A stretch of DNA of 63,068 bases, the filler included. It is 5 parts of 5 records of this genome, joined end to end, with 100 filler letters (N's around TTAATTAATTAA, not from the genome) between each part and the next. Parts side by side here need not be neighbours in the genome. Positions count along the whole stretch, not along the records: positions 34,092 to 45,062 come from SRR31156797_1831; positions 45,163 to 55,728 come from SRR31156797_1835; 3 more parts are not named here. One strand, written 5' to 3'. Shown one piece after another: positions 40,801-49,649 of the stretch (position 1 is the stretch's first letter; every line of letters starts with the position of its first letter). Below the pieces are notes generated by a model, which was not told the origin of the DNA, ran no database searches, and saw nothing but the letters and a program-made list of their open reading frames with translations. Both the position numbers and the translations under genes were made by a program.

Positions 40801-40929
40801 ATCGTTTTGCGGTAGATATTTGGTGATGTCCGTGTCGATTTCCATGCGGAAAAGGGCGGTTGTGAGCAGCACCGCCATCACGGCCAATAGAGCGATCAGG
40901 GAGGGAAAATGGATTTTAATGGATTTCAT
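37864..40929 (-). CDS. MMPL-family transporter fused to a C-terminal class I SAM methyltransferase
   Basis: Two MMPL TM clusters (ITVDHGI, GMGIDYS) and DIGTGYG / DMIHY methyltransferase motifs. Confidence 0.88.
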   Translation of the reverse strand: MKSIKIHFPSLIALLAVMAVLLTTALFRMEIDTDITKYLPQNDPVIVDAEHVFKNHPIQDRLIMDIGLKEENMPLLLACSRFVEQKLMQSGLFKQVGLKDFQKVMPDLMAHVLNNLPIMFDETELRDEVAPLLTSEKIHMKLRNNYHNLLDLEGIGRSESISKDPLALSNTVLARLSSLAPSKDIRFHGGQLISSDGKHLLLMATPFGSGMDTALARKLSALLLTTGRELAHNFGDIENPVVLTPMGAYRAALDNEIIARQDSERAILLASLGIALLLIFAFPRPLLGLFAFLPALFGSVAALFVLALLERSISIMALGFGGAIIAITVDHGIAFLLFLDRPRPTKGRVAAREIWSVGLVAALTTMGAFGALIFCDFPIFEQLGRFTALGIAFSFLFVHTVFPLIFPEMPPARKRSLPLRKGVAELTGLGAKGALGAIVFAIFMVFFARPEFLVSLHAMNTVSEETLAAEKTFNRIWGDTIFENIFLMTEGRRLSALQAMGDNMLPMLHQDLASGVLDSGFIPAMVFPGEKKAKENFLAWRSFWHKERVTRLKEHLKNASTRVGFRPEAFTPFLETLSDHGYRVTSTEIRPQFHEMLGITRNLKNASWVQFSNLKPGPAYDPQAFHDRYGTFGKIFDPTFFSQRLGGLLFSTFLNMLWIIGFSVILLLFLYFLDWRLVFVALIPVLFALVCTLGTLNLMGHPLDIPGLMLSIVVIGMGIDYSLFMVRGYQRYAGEDHPSFQLIKMTIFMASFSTIIGFGVLCFSRHALLRSAGLTSLLGITYSLAGAFIILPPILRFVLRKPTKKTGKLLTPVQAILHRYSNMEAYPRCFARFKMMVDPMFKELPQFFHKDMNLKTIMDIGTGYGVPACWLLERFPKAKLFGIDPDGERVRVASVVLGERGLVKQDAAPHVPSVPVPADAAVMLDMIHYLPDEPLALTLKRLSKNLNREGLLLIRAAAPSEGHRSWLWKVEALKSTLSKTPLYYRSVDKIVEMLAGAGFRVKIKIPSGSRGESVWLMAENG

Positions 40930-40999
40930 TATGGTTGCTTATATAGCAGGTTTAGGGTTATAAAACATGCTTTTCCAATTGGATCTCTAGGCGAAATGA

Positions 41000-41398
41000 A
41001 TGAATCGATTTATCCAAACAATTCTAAAAAAAGTAGCCGCCACCAAGTTTGTCCGGAAGGCCATCCGTGACAAGGCTGACTTGAGCCCTTTCAGGGAACG
41101 ACCGAACCCCCGCACCATGGCGGGTATCTCGGCCATGGGAATCAGCTACATCATCGGCTGGCCCGCGGTGGCGCTCCTGGGGGTTGTCTCACTCCATTAT
41201 GAAAAGCCGATGATTGCCATTATCGGGGGGCCTCTGACCTACGGCTTGTCCCATCTGGTTTTTATCCTGGGAATGTATCTGGCGGGCGCCGATTACACAA
41301 GGGTCTTTTTGCGGTGGGCCACAAGAAAAACCGTGGAAAAGCTCATGGTAAACCTCAATGAAGATTCAAACGGGGAAGACCAAAAGCCGAAATCATAA
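41000..41398 (+). CDS. Hypothetical membrane protein
   Basis: 132-aa ORF filling the gap between genes; two hydrophobic segments. Confidence 0.7.
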   Translation: MNRFIQTILKKVAATKFVRKAIRDKADLSPFRERPNPRTMAGISAMGISYIIGWPAVALLGVVSLHYEKPMIAIIGGPLTYGLSHLVFILGMYLAGADYTRVFLRWATRKTVEKLMVNLNEDSNGEDQKPKS

Positions 41399-42778
41399 AT
41401 CCCCATGAAAGATCTTGCCGGGATTCAGAATGCCTGCCGGGTCAAACGCTTTTTTGATACGCATCATCAGTTGAATGCCCTCAACGGGGATTTCCATTTC
41501 CAGATACGGCGCTTTGGTAATGCCGATGCCGTGTTCACCCGTAATGGTGCCGCCCATGGCAACGACTTTTTTAAAGAGCGCCTTGACAATGGTGTGGCCG
41601 TTTTTCAGCTGAACGGGGTCTTCTTTGTCGAGCATGATGTTCACATGGATGTTGCCGTCACCGGCATGGCCGAAGGCGGGAATGGGGAGATCGTATTCCA
41701 TGGAAACGGTTTCCAAAAATGATACCAACTCCGCCAGGCGGCTTCGGGGCACCACGATATCCTCGTTGATTTTGTGAGGCTTTAACTTGAGGAGGGATGG
41801 CGATACATTCCTTCGTGCTTCCCAAAGCTCCTCCGCACTTTCATGATCCTTTGCCGCCTTAAATGCCATTGCACCGCACCGACCGCATAATTCACCAATG
41901 ATTTGCGCTTGATGCGCCACCAATTCCGGTGTCCCGTCCACTTCCATGAGCAGCATGGCGCCTGAATTCTCGGGTAGATCCAGGTGCATCTCTTGCCTCA
42001 CGCAATCGATGCAGAGTCGGTCCATGAACTCCAGGATGGCGGGAACTATTTTTTTACGGATGATTTCGGAGACGGTTTGAACGGCTAAGGGTACATTTTC
42101 AAAAAAGGCCACCATGGTGCGCTTTGTTTCGGGTTTCGGCACCAGACGAAGGGTCATGGCGGTGATGACCGCAAGGGTTCCTTCGGATCCCGCAATCAAA
42201 CGGACCAGATCGTAACCCGCAACACCTTTTCGGGTCTCCACGCCTGTTTTGATGATTTCCCCCGTGGGCAATACGATGGTGAGCCCCAGCACATAGTCCC
42301 TTGTGACGCCGTATTTGACGGCCCGAAGTCCACCGGCGCATTCCGCAATGTTCCCCCCGAGGGTTGAGACTTTCAGGCTGGCCGGATCAGGCGGATAAAA
42401 AAGGCCCAAAGCTTCAACGGCCTGCTGAAGGTGGGCCGTTATGACGCCGGGTTCAACTTTTGCGGTTAAATTGTCCCGGTCCACGGAAATAATCCGGTTC
42501 AGGCGGTCCATGGCCAGTACCACACCCCCCCGGACCGGTACGGCGCCCCCGCTCATCCCCGTACCCGCCCCCCTGGGGACAACGGGAAATCCATTCTCCG
42601 TTGCAAGCCGCAGGATGCGGGAGACCTGTTGGCTGTTTTCCGGGAATGCCACCCCATGGGGCATATGGGCTATTTTGGTGGCATCAGCGCCAAATTCCAC
42701 CATCTCCTTTTCGGTGGTCAACAGATACTTTTTGCCGACAATTCCCGATATGCGGTTAAGAACTGTTTTTGAAATCAT
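41393..42778 (-). CDS. FAD-linked oxidase, GlcD/D-lactate dehydrogenase family
   Basis: PRGAGTGMSGG, YPPDPAS, GSEGTL, GHAGDGNIH, GEHGIG, LNPGK. Confidence 0.92.
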   Translation of the reverse strand: MISKTVLNRISGIVGKKYLLTTEKEMVEFGADATKIAHMPHGVAFPENSQQVSRILRLATENGFPVVPRGAGTGMSGGAVPVRGGVVLAMDRLNRIISVDRDNLTAKVEPGVITAHLQQAVEALGLFYPPDPASLKVSTLGGNIAECAGGLRAVKYGVTRDYVLGLTIVLPTGEIIKTGVETRKGVAGYDLVRLIAGSEGTLAVITAMTLRLVPKPETKRTMVAFFENVPLAVQTVSEIIRKKIVPAILEFMDRLCIDCVRQEMHLDLPENSGAMLLMEVDGTPELVAHQAQIIGELCGRCGAMAFKAAKDHESAEELWEARRNVSPSLLKLKPHKINEDIVVPRSRLAELVSFLETVSMEYDLPIPAFGHAGDGNIHVNIMLDKEDPVQLKNGHTIVKALFKKVVAMGGTITGEHGIGITKAPYLEMEIPVEGIQLMMRIKKAFDPAGILNPGKIFHGDL

Positions 42779-43386
42779 CGCACCATCTGAACACGACTTT
42801 TAAGGGCATGCTGGAGGGTCATGCTGTCCATGAATTTGAGATCTCCCCCCATGGGTACCCCCAGGGCGATCCTTGAGATCCTGACCCCGGGATATTTTTC
42901 CGAAAGTAATCCGGAGATGAAGGAAGCGGTGGTTTCACCGCCGGTGGTGGGGTTGGTTGCCAGAATAACCTCTTCAATTTTCTCCCGCGCCAGTCGCCCC
43001 AGAAGCCTGTGGATCTTAAGGTCTTCGGGGCCGATACCGTCCAGAGGGGAAAGCACGCCATGTAAAATATGGTACCGGCCCGTGTAAACGCCGGATTCCT
43101 CCAGGGCCATCTGGTCCCCGGGGGTTTCAACCACGCAGATGGTCCCGTTGGCGCGCTGCCCGTTTCGGCAGAGGGCACAGGGATCTTCATCGGTCAGATT
43201 GAAACAGACCGAGCAAAAACGGATCTTTTCCTTGACCTCGATCAGGCTACGGGCCAGGTCTTCCGCCAGTCCCCGGTTGCTTCTTAAAACGAAAAGTGCC
43301 ATGCGTGTGGCGGATTTCTGGCCGATCCCGGGAAGTTTGGTAAATTCATCAATCAATTTGACTAACGGTTCAGGATAAATTCCCAT
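42775..43386 (-). CDS. recR: Recombination mediator RecR
   Basis: LPGIGQKSATR, C4 zinc finger, Toprim (EVILATNP). Confidence 0.97.
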   Translation of the reverse strand: MGIYPEPLVKLIDEFTKLPGIGQKSATRMALFVLRSNRGLAEDLARSLIEVKEKIRFCSVCFNLTDEDPCALCRNGQRANGTICVVETPGDQMALEESGVYTGRYHILHGVLSPLDGIGPEDLKIHRLLGRLAREKIEEVILATNPTTGGETTASFISGLLSEKYPGVRISRIALGVPMGGDLKFMDSMTLQHALKSRVQMVR

Positions 43387-43431
43387 GATTCATCTCATTC
43401 GTCATTTTTTACTCTTTACACCCGGTTTGTA

Positions 43432-43761
43432 TCACATGAGACCGGGCATTCCCGGGATGTTCATCCCCTTGGTGAGTTGTCCCATCCCTTCGTTCATCAT
43501 ATCCCTGGCCTGTGTCAACGCGTCATTGGCCGCGGCCATCACCAGGTCCTCCAGCATTTCCACGTCTTCCGGATCCACCACTTCACGGTCAATTTTGATG
43601 GAAATGAGTTCCTGTCTCCCATTGGCCACCACGGAAACCATACCGCCCCCTGCGGAAGCTTCTACGGTTTTCTCTCCCAATTCTTCCTGAAGTTTTCCCA
43701 TTTTGGATTGAAACTTCTGGGCTTGCTTCATCAGCTGCCCCATGTTCGGCATCCCTTTCAT
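43432..43761 (-). CDS. ybaB: YbaB/EbfC nucleoid-associated protein
   Basis: MKQAQ...SAGGGMV...[13 protein letters not shown]; dnaX-ybaB-recR synteny. Confidence 0.96.
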   Translation of the reverse strand: MKGMPNMGQLMKQAQKFQSKMGKLQEELGEKTVEASAGGGMVSVVANGRQELISIKIDREVVDPEDVEMLEDLVMAAANDALTQARDMMNEGMGQLTKGMNIPGMPGLM

Positions 43762-43787
43762 CTTGATCCCTCCTTATCCTTTCCTGA

Positions 43788-45062
43788 TTATTTTTTTATC
43801 AACTTGCCTTCAAACAAATCCAGAACATTCTGGGCCACATCCCGAATCTCGGGTGGAAGTTCAAGTGATTCGGTTGCGGCGGCATTTGTATCCTTTTTTG
43901 AGTCTCTCTCCTCTTTAAGGTTCGATGCCTGTGGCTTAACCTTGATTTTGACCCGTATTTCCCTTTGGAAAAAAGTTCGGCAATAGGTTGCCAGTTGATC
44001 GCATTTTCCCTGATCCTCAAAATAGCCGGCGGAAAATTTATGATTGCCGCTTTCAATTTCCAATAAATCTTCAGTGAGTATTTTGAGGTGCCAGTCTTTG
44101 AGAATGGTGTAGAGCATTTTGCTATTACCGAAAACAAACTGAAGGAAATCCTCCCAGGTTTTTTCCCCATGGGCGGACATATCAAACGGTTTTTTTGACC
44201 TGGGTTGGTTGGATTTTTCAGTATCTTTTTTTTCAGTGGTTGTATCATTATTATCAACTTTACCCATGTCTACTTCTTTATGGTTCGAGGTCCAGCTAGT
44301 GGGAGATTCTGAAAGGGCATTTCCGTTTTCCGGGGGCTGCCCGGGTGAAAGGGAAACCACCCGTTCTTCCAAAACGGCCATTTTTTTCATGATATCGCCA
44401 AATGACAGGTAGTCCCCAAGACTGCACAGCTTAATCATGGTACTTTCCAGAACCAGGCGCGGGTAGCTCGTAAATCGAAGGTCGTCTTCCCTGGCGATCA
44501 AAAAATTCAATACAACCTGCAGTTTTTCCTCCCCGGCCGTTTCAGCCTGATGTTTGATTTCATCCCGGTCGCTCTCGCTCATGTCGATGAGGTGCTCTCC
44601 GGGGGCGATCAGGCTGACCAACAGGTTTCTGAACTGCGCCATCAGCGCGCGATAGAATTCTTTGATGTCGTATCCCTGATTAAATACTTTTTCAACCACC
44701 GCAAGACACCTGACTGAAGCGCCTTCAATGATGGCGGATGACGATTCGAAGATAAGACCGCGATCAATGATGCCCAGGATTTCCGGAACCTGACTGTCCA
44801 GAACGGTTTGCCCCGCAAAGGAGATTACCTGATCCAGAAGGCTTTCCGCATCCCTCATGCTCCCTTCCGCCTCCCTGGCGATCATGGAGAGAGCCGCGGT
44901 ACTGATTTTGACGCCCTCATGTCTGGAAATTTTTTCTAAATAGGCGACGATTTTGGGCAAAGGGATCCGCTTGAAATCAAATCGCTGGCAACGGGATAAA
45001 ATAGTAATGGGGACCTTGTGGCTTTCGGTGGTGGCGAATATGAACTTCACATGGGGCGGCGG
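43788..45062 (-). CDS. dnaX: DNA polymerase III gamma/tau subunit, 5'-truncated
   Basis: PPPHVKFIFATTE, TILSRCQRF, GSMRDAESLLDQ; frame open to the gap. Confidence 0.96.
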   Translation of the reverse strand, partial: PPPHVKFIFATTESHKVPITILSRCQRFDFKRIPLPKIVAYLEKISRHEGVKISTAALSMIAREAEGSMRDAESLLDQVISFAGQTVLDSQVPEILGIIDRGLIFESSSAIIEGASVRCLAVVEKVFNQGYDIKEFYRALMAQFRNLLVSLIAPGEHLIDMSESDRDEIKHQAETAGEEKLQVVLNFLIAREDDLRFTSYPRLVLESTMIKLCSLGDYLSFGDIMKKMAVLEERVVSLSPGQPPENGNALSESPTSWTSNHKEVDMGKVDNNDTTTEKKDTEKSNQPRSKKPFDMSAHGEKTWEDFLQFVFGNSKMLYTILKDWHLKILTEDLLEIESGNHKFSAGYFEDQGKCDQLATYCRTFFQREIRVKIKVKPQASNLKEERDSKKDTNAAATESLELPPEIRDVAQNVLDLFEGKLIKK

Positions 45063-45162
45063 NNNNNNNNNNNNNNNNNNNNNNNNNNNNNNNNNNNNNN
45101 NNNNNNTTAATTAATTAANNNNNNNNNNNNNNNNNNNNNNNNNNNNNNNNNNNNNNNNNNNN
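45063..45162. other. Artificial contig linker
   Basis: N-run, TTAATTAATTAA, N-run. Confidence 0.98.
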
Positions 45163-45624
45163 GCTCCACTGGCCGATTTATACCAAAGGCTTCTCTCAAT
45201 TCCGGATGATGAGAAGACACAATTTCAGCTGGCTAAGGCCTATTTATTCATGGGAGACTTCCCCCAGGCCGGTTTGATCGCCAAAAACACCTTGCCCAAA
45301 CTCAATGAAAACCAGCGGCACCTCAAAGCAAAACTTCTCAATCTAATAGGGCTATCGTACCTGGATGGAGGACATGATTCACTGGCCAAAGAGTCCTTTA
45401 AAATGGCTCTCAAAACGGACCGCCGGTTTGCCGCTGCACGACTGAACCTCGCAGGGATGTACCGGTATTATGGTCACGAAAACAAAGCGACCGAGATTAT
45501 GAAGGACGCCACCTTGGGAGATATCGATCTGAATGGTGTTCATCCCGGGTTTGCCACCGATGATTCAAAAGGGATTTCAGTATCTAAACAACTCAGCGCT
45601 GTAGCCCAGACAATAAAACCATGA
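45163..45624 (+). CDS. TPR-repeat protein, 5'-truncated
   Basis: Frame open from the gap; LNLIGLSY...A...F..AL....AAARLNLA TPR pattern. Confidence 0.75.
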   Translation, partial: APLADLYQRLLSIPDDEKTQFQLAKAYLFMGDFPQAGLIAKNTLPKLNENQRHLKAKLLNLIGLSYLDGGHDSLAKESFKMALKTDRRFAAARLNLAGMYRYYGHENKATEIMKDATLGDIDLNGVHPGFATDDSKGISVSKQLSAVAQTIKP

Positions 45625-45682
45625 TGCATAGGACAAAGGCAGCAAAACCCTCAGATTTTTTGAGAAAAAGTGAGCGGACAAC

Positions 45683-47071
45683 ATGAAAACCAACTGGTTC
45701 CAAATTTTCATTTGCTGGATTGCATTGGCCCTCATCGCTTGCGGCGGTGGCCCAGAAAATGCCGCAGAGCCGTATGACAGCGAAGGCCAGCCAAGCAACT
45801 GGGAGAGCGTTTCCATTGTTCAGGTGGATGAAATCGGCACTACGCTTCCCCTTGTCGTGGCAAAACAGGCAAGCAATAGCCAAGTGCATTTCGCCTGGTA
45901 CAATGCCGTGGCAAAACCGGAAGGGAGCGAGCATCATCAACTCCACCATCTGATATGGGCGCCATCGGACCGTATAATCTCCCAAAATGTGGTCGCCAAT
46001 CGTCCTGCCCCTACAGGCGTTGCCGGTTTCGATCGATGCGATCAATTCGATATGGATCTGGATGGCGACACACCGATTCTCATTTATCCAACCTACGAAA
46101 TCAACGATGTTCTCCAGCAGGTGGAAGCGGATATCATGGTCAACGTGAACGAAGGCGACGAATGGCAGGAGACAACCGGAGCCGTCGGTTTTGTCGATCG
46201 AAATCCGGTGTATCAGGATGGTCATACCACCGAGAACATGTCCGTTAAAGTGGATAGCAAAGGTGATGTCCATTTCTGCTACCAATACTTTACCGAAGGC
46301 ATGGACTCTGCCAATTTCAGATACCCGGATCTCTACTATGTCCATCGGGAACGAACAACGCTTTCCGATCCCATTGACAGTATCGAACAATACGCCGGGA
46401 TGGAAGAACTTGTGGATGGCAATACGTTCAGTTCCTACGGCGTCCACAACAGCGTAGGCTACTTCTGCCAGTTGATTCTGGATGATGAGGATCTTCCGGT
46501 CATTGTCTATGCAGAACATGGAGAAGCCTTCATGGGAACCTACGCACTGAAGGTGGCTTACAAAGACGAGTCCGGGAGTTGGCACCGTGAAATCGTGGAT
46601 GCGCTTCCGGATGGTTGGGAAATCGGCGGTATCGGAGCGGCCTTTTATCCGGCCGATCCGGAAAACCCGGAAGCAAATCGGCCGATGGGCATCGCCTATG
46701 CAGTACGGCTTCCCGCGCCGGAACCGGACATCGGTCATCGCCTGCTGTTCGCATCCAACCAAAGCGGCGAATGGGTTACGCAAATTGTGGATGAAACCAC
46801 ATGGTGCGGCTCTTATTGCTCTCTGGCATTTAACCCGGATGGACAGCCGGCCATCGCCTATCTCGATGAGCAGTCCCATTCGGGGCGGACACACCAGTTT
46901 TTAAAATATGCGGAATTCAGCGGATTACAATGGAATCATGAAAGTGCCGAGGAGTATGGCAATGTGGGGCAGTACAATACCTTATGGTTCAATGATCAAG
47001 GTGTTCCCCACATTGGTACCTACTCCGATGAGAATAATGAAATCGTTGTGATCCGTAGATCCAATACCTGA
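45683..47071 (+). CDS. Acidic lipoprotein, probable beta-propeller
   Basis: Lipobox LIAC; repeated blades such as VDSKGDVHFCY, LDDEDLPVIVY, FNPDGQPAIAY, FNDQGVPHIGTY. Confidence 0.75.
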   Translation: MKTNWFQIFICWIALALIACGGGPENAAEPYDSEGQPSNWESVSIVQVDEIGTTLPLVVAKQASNSQVHFAWYNAVAKPEGSEHHQLHHLIWAPSDRIISQNVVANRPAPTGVAGFDRCDQFDMDLDGDTPILIYPTYEINDVLQQVEADIMVNVNEGDEWQETTGAVGFVDRNPVYQDGHTTENMSVKVDSKGDVHFCYQYFTEGMDSANFRYPDLYYVHRERTTLSDPIDSIEQYAGMEELVDGNTFSSYGVHNSVGYFCQLILDDEDLPVIVYAEHGEAFMGTYALKVAYKDESGSWHREIVDALPDGWEIGGIGAAFYPADPENPEANRPMGIAYAVRLPAPEPDIGHRLLFASNQSGEWVTQIVDETTWCGSYCSLAFNPDGQPAIAYLDEQSHSGRTHQFLKYAEFSGLQWNHESAEEYGNVGQYNTLWFNDQGVPHIGTYSDENNEIVVIRRSNT

Positions 47072-47087
47072 AAATGAAGGAGACGAA

Positions 47088-47930
47088 ATGAAAACGCAAT
47101 CAATACTTATTACAGGGATGATTGTTGCTCTTCTTGGATTCGGCATGGAGGCCTACGCGGCAGACTCGCCGGACTGGAATTCATTTTTCGATGAATGCCC
47201 GAACAACGAGTGCGGCGCTCCCCCGTCGGGCGGTGCCGGAGGCGGCGGTGGGGGAGGCGGTCCGCTGATTGTCTCCTACACCTGGGGGCCGGTATTTTCA
47301 GTTCAAGAGGATATCGACGCAGACGGGTATAACGATGAAATGGACAATTGCATCTTCACACCGAACGACCCTAGTGAAAACGACGACGGTGACGCCTTTG
47401 GCAACGCTTGCGATCATTGCCCCCAGCTGGCCACCGAAAACAACATCGATTCGGACGGCGACGGGCTGGGGGATGAATGCGACCCGGACAGGGATGGCGA
47501 CGGTGTGCCAAATACCGAGGACACCTGCCCGGATACCATGAATGCCGATCAAACGGAATTTCCCGAAGAGGACGATCCGGACAACGACGGTTTGGGCAAT
47601 GTTTGCGATGCCGATGACGACAACGACGGAATTCCCGATCTGTTGGACAACTGCATTACCGACGCCAACCCTGATCAGGAGAACAGTGATTACTTCATCA
47701 GTGGGGATATTGCCGGTGATCTGTGCGACAACGATTACGACAATGATGGTCTTGACGAAGCCTACGACGGCTTTGCCGGCGTCGATCGTTGCCCCAACCT
47801 GCAGAGTACGGAAAACGGAGACGCGGACGGCGACGGTGTTGGTGACCCCTGCGACAATTGTCCCCATGTAGCCAATGCCGATCAGGCAGATTCGGATAAA
47901 GATGGTAAAGGAGATCTTTGCGATGGTTAG
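47088..47930 (+). CDS. Secreted thrombospondin type-3 repeat protein (MtsC-like)
   Basis: Signal peptide ending AYA; ECG..P plus poly-Gly; many DxDGDGxGDxCDNCP..NADQ repeats. Confidence 0.88.
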   Translation: MKTQSILITGMIVALLGFGMEAYAADSPDWNSFFDECPNNECGAPPSGGAGGGGGGGGPLIVSYTWGPVFSVQEDIDADGYNDEMDNCIFTPNDPSENDDGDAFGNACDHCPQLATENNIDSDGDGLGDECDPDRDGDGVPNTEDTCPDTMNADQTEFPEEDDPDNDGLGNVCDADDDNDGIPDLLDNCITDANPDQENSDYFISGDIAGDLCDNDYDNDGLDEAYDGFAGVDRCPNLQSTENGDADGDGVGDPCDNCPHVANADQADSDKDGKGDLCDG

Positions 47931-49602
47931 GCAGTTTGCATTCATATCATTATTGCTGGCCAGTGTTATGGGAATCGTATCCTGTGACAATAGTCCACCC
48001 CTGGAACGTACGACGGTTCGGGATACAGGGTCAATCATTGCCGAATTTCATACCGAAAACCCGGAAAACATCCAGTTCCCCGTCAAGGTACTCTTCGCCC
48101 TTGACTGCTCCTTGAGTATGCTCAGCTCCGACCCGCTGAACCCGCCGGACGAGCCCTATGGCCGACGCATTGCCGCCGTACAAAGATTCCTCGAGCGGTA
48201 CAATACCGATGACTATTCCAGTGTCTCCTTTTCCATCCTTCTTTGGGCCGGTAGCGTCATCGATCAGACCCGAAACGGATACGGCGAACCCGGTTACACC
48301 CGGTCAACAGAAGAACTGAACCGTGTGCTGGACAATGTTCGCAACGAGTCCTACACTGACTATGTGGGTGCCGTGACCGACATTCGCGAAATCGTCGAAA
48401 ACGACATCATGAACACATCCTACCAGGAATCCGGTGAAAATGACCTAGCCCGCTCCAAGTACATCGTCTGTTTTTTCAGCGACGGTATGCCCAATACGGA
48501 TGCCGGATCCCAGCTTCCCCAGGATATCTGGGACCAGGTGGAAGCTCTGACTGAAATTACGGAAGAAAGGGGCGTGGGGCAGTTCAACTTCCATAGTTTT
48601 TTTCTCTCCTCACTCTTCAGGGATGCTTCCGGGGAGTATATATCGGCCTATGAAGCCGAACGTCAGTACGCAGAGAATACCTTACTGGGCATGGCCAGTG
48701 CGGGCAACGGTACATTCCGTGATTTCGCATCAGCCGGCGCCATCGACTTCATCAATTTCACCGATATGAGTTTGACCAATGCATACAAAATAAAATTCAT
48801 TGTCGCCTATAACTATAACGTCCTACCAGGCACTGAAGTTCTTCATATAGACAGCGACGGAGACGGTCTAACGGACGAGGAGGAGGTAACCCGTGGAACC
48901 GACCCCCAGGTAAGGGATACGGATGACGACGGATTGAGCGATTATTTTGAAATTCAGACGCAAACCCTCATGGACGACGGAAATATGTGGCCCGATCCCC
49001 TGGTAGAGGACAGTAGTTGCCCCCATCCTACTTCCGGTATCTGGCCGGATCAGGACAGCGACGGCATGACGGATTGCGAAGAATCCATCAAAGGGACATG
49101 GCGTTTCGTGGCCGATTTCGATGCGGATTACATTCCGGACGGTATCGAAATGGCAGCGGGAACCAATCCTTTCGAAAACCTTTACACGGAGGACAGCGAT
49201 CTTGATCGCACACTGGATATTTTTGAAATTCAGAATCATACCAATGTATTGACCAACGATCCCAAGGTGCAAGAGCGCTACTCTTACAGCTACGATTTAA
49301 CTGACCATGGCAATCCGGACCCCATTGAGTTCCCGGACCTTCCCCAGGGAATTCGCAGATACAGCCTGAGAATTGACAACATCAGCCTCATGGACACCCT
49401 TGGAGCGGATTCAGGCGGCGTGTTCGCCAACTCGGTCCTTGACCCCGGTGACAATGTGATTCGTGTTTACATTGCGCAAGTACCGGAAGACCGGCCCAAC
49501 TCAGCACCTGTATTTCGCATGGCGGAAGTCACCATCAATACGCTGGAAGACAGCTCCTATACACAGACGCTGGGGTATGGTCAGTTTGAACTCATCGACT
49601 AA
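47923..49602 (+). CDS. VWA-domain lipoprotein with Ca-binding repeats (MtsD/CglB-like)
   Basis: AAGGAG RBS before ATG 47923; lipobox IVSC; MIDAS DCSLS...T...SDG; DSDGDGLTDEEE, DTDDDGLSD, DFDADYIPDG repeats. Confidence 0.85.
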   Translation: MVRQFAFISLLLASVMGIVSCDNSPPLERTTVRDTGSIIAEFHTENPENIQFPVKVLFALDCSLSMLSSDPLNPPDEPYGRRIAAVQRFLERYNTDDYSSVSFSILLWAGSVIDQTRNGYGEPGYTRSTEELNRVLDNVRNESYTDYVGAVTDIREIVENDIMNTSYQESGENDLARSKYIVCFFSDGMPNTDAGSQLPQDIWDQVEALTEITEERGVGQFNFHSFFLSSLFRDASGEYISAYEAERQYAENTLLGMASAGNGTFRDFASAGAIDFINFTDMSLTNAYKIKFIVAYNYNVLPGTEVLHIDSDGDGLTDEEEVTRGTDPQVRDTDDDGLSDYFEIQTQTLMDDGNMWPDPLVEDSSCPHPTSGIWPDQDSDGMTDCEESIKGTWRFVADFDADYIPDGIEMAAGTNPFENLYTEDSDLDRTLDIFEIQNHTNVLTNDPKVQERYSYSYDLTDHGNPDPIEFPDLPQGIRRYSLRIDNISLMDTLGADSGGVFANSVLDPGDNVIRVYIAQVPEDRPNSAPVFRMAEVTINTLEDSSYTQTLGYGQFELID

Positions 49603-49649
49603 AAATGCGGCGGATTCGTAACAAGTTATACAGAGACATAGGTGAAAAA

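Noticed and set aside
45593-46894. 433-aa antisense ORF (likewise 47298-48038, 39148-40065, 50406-50975 and other overlapping ORFs in the GC-rich contigs)
   Set aside because: They lie opposite or within well-supported genes, show no recognisable motifs, and are explained by codon bias of the sense gene.
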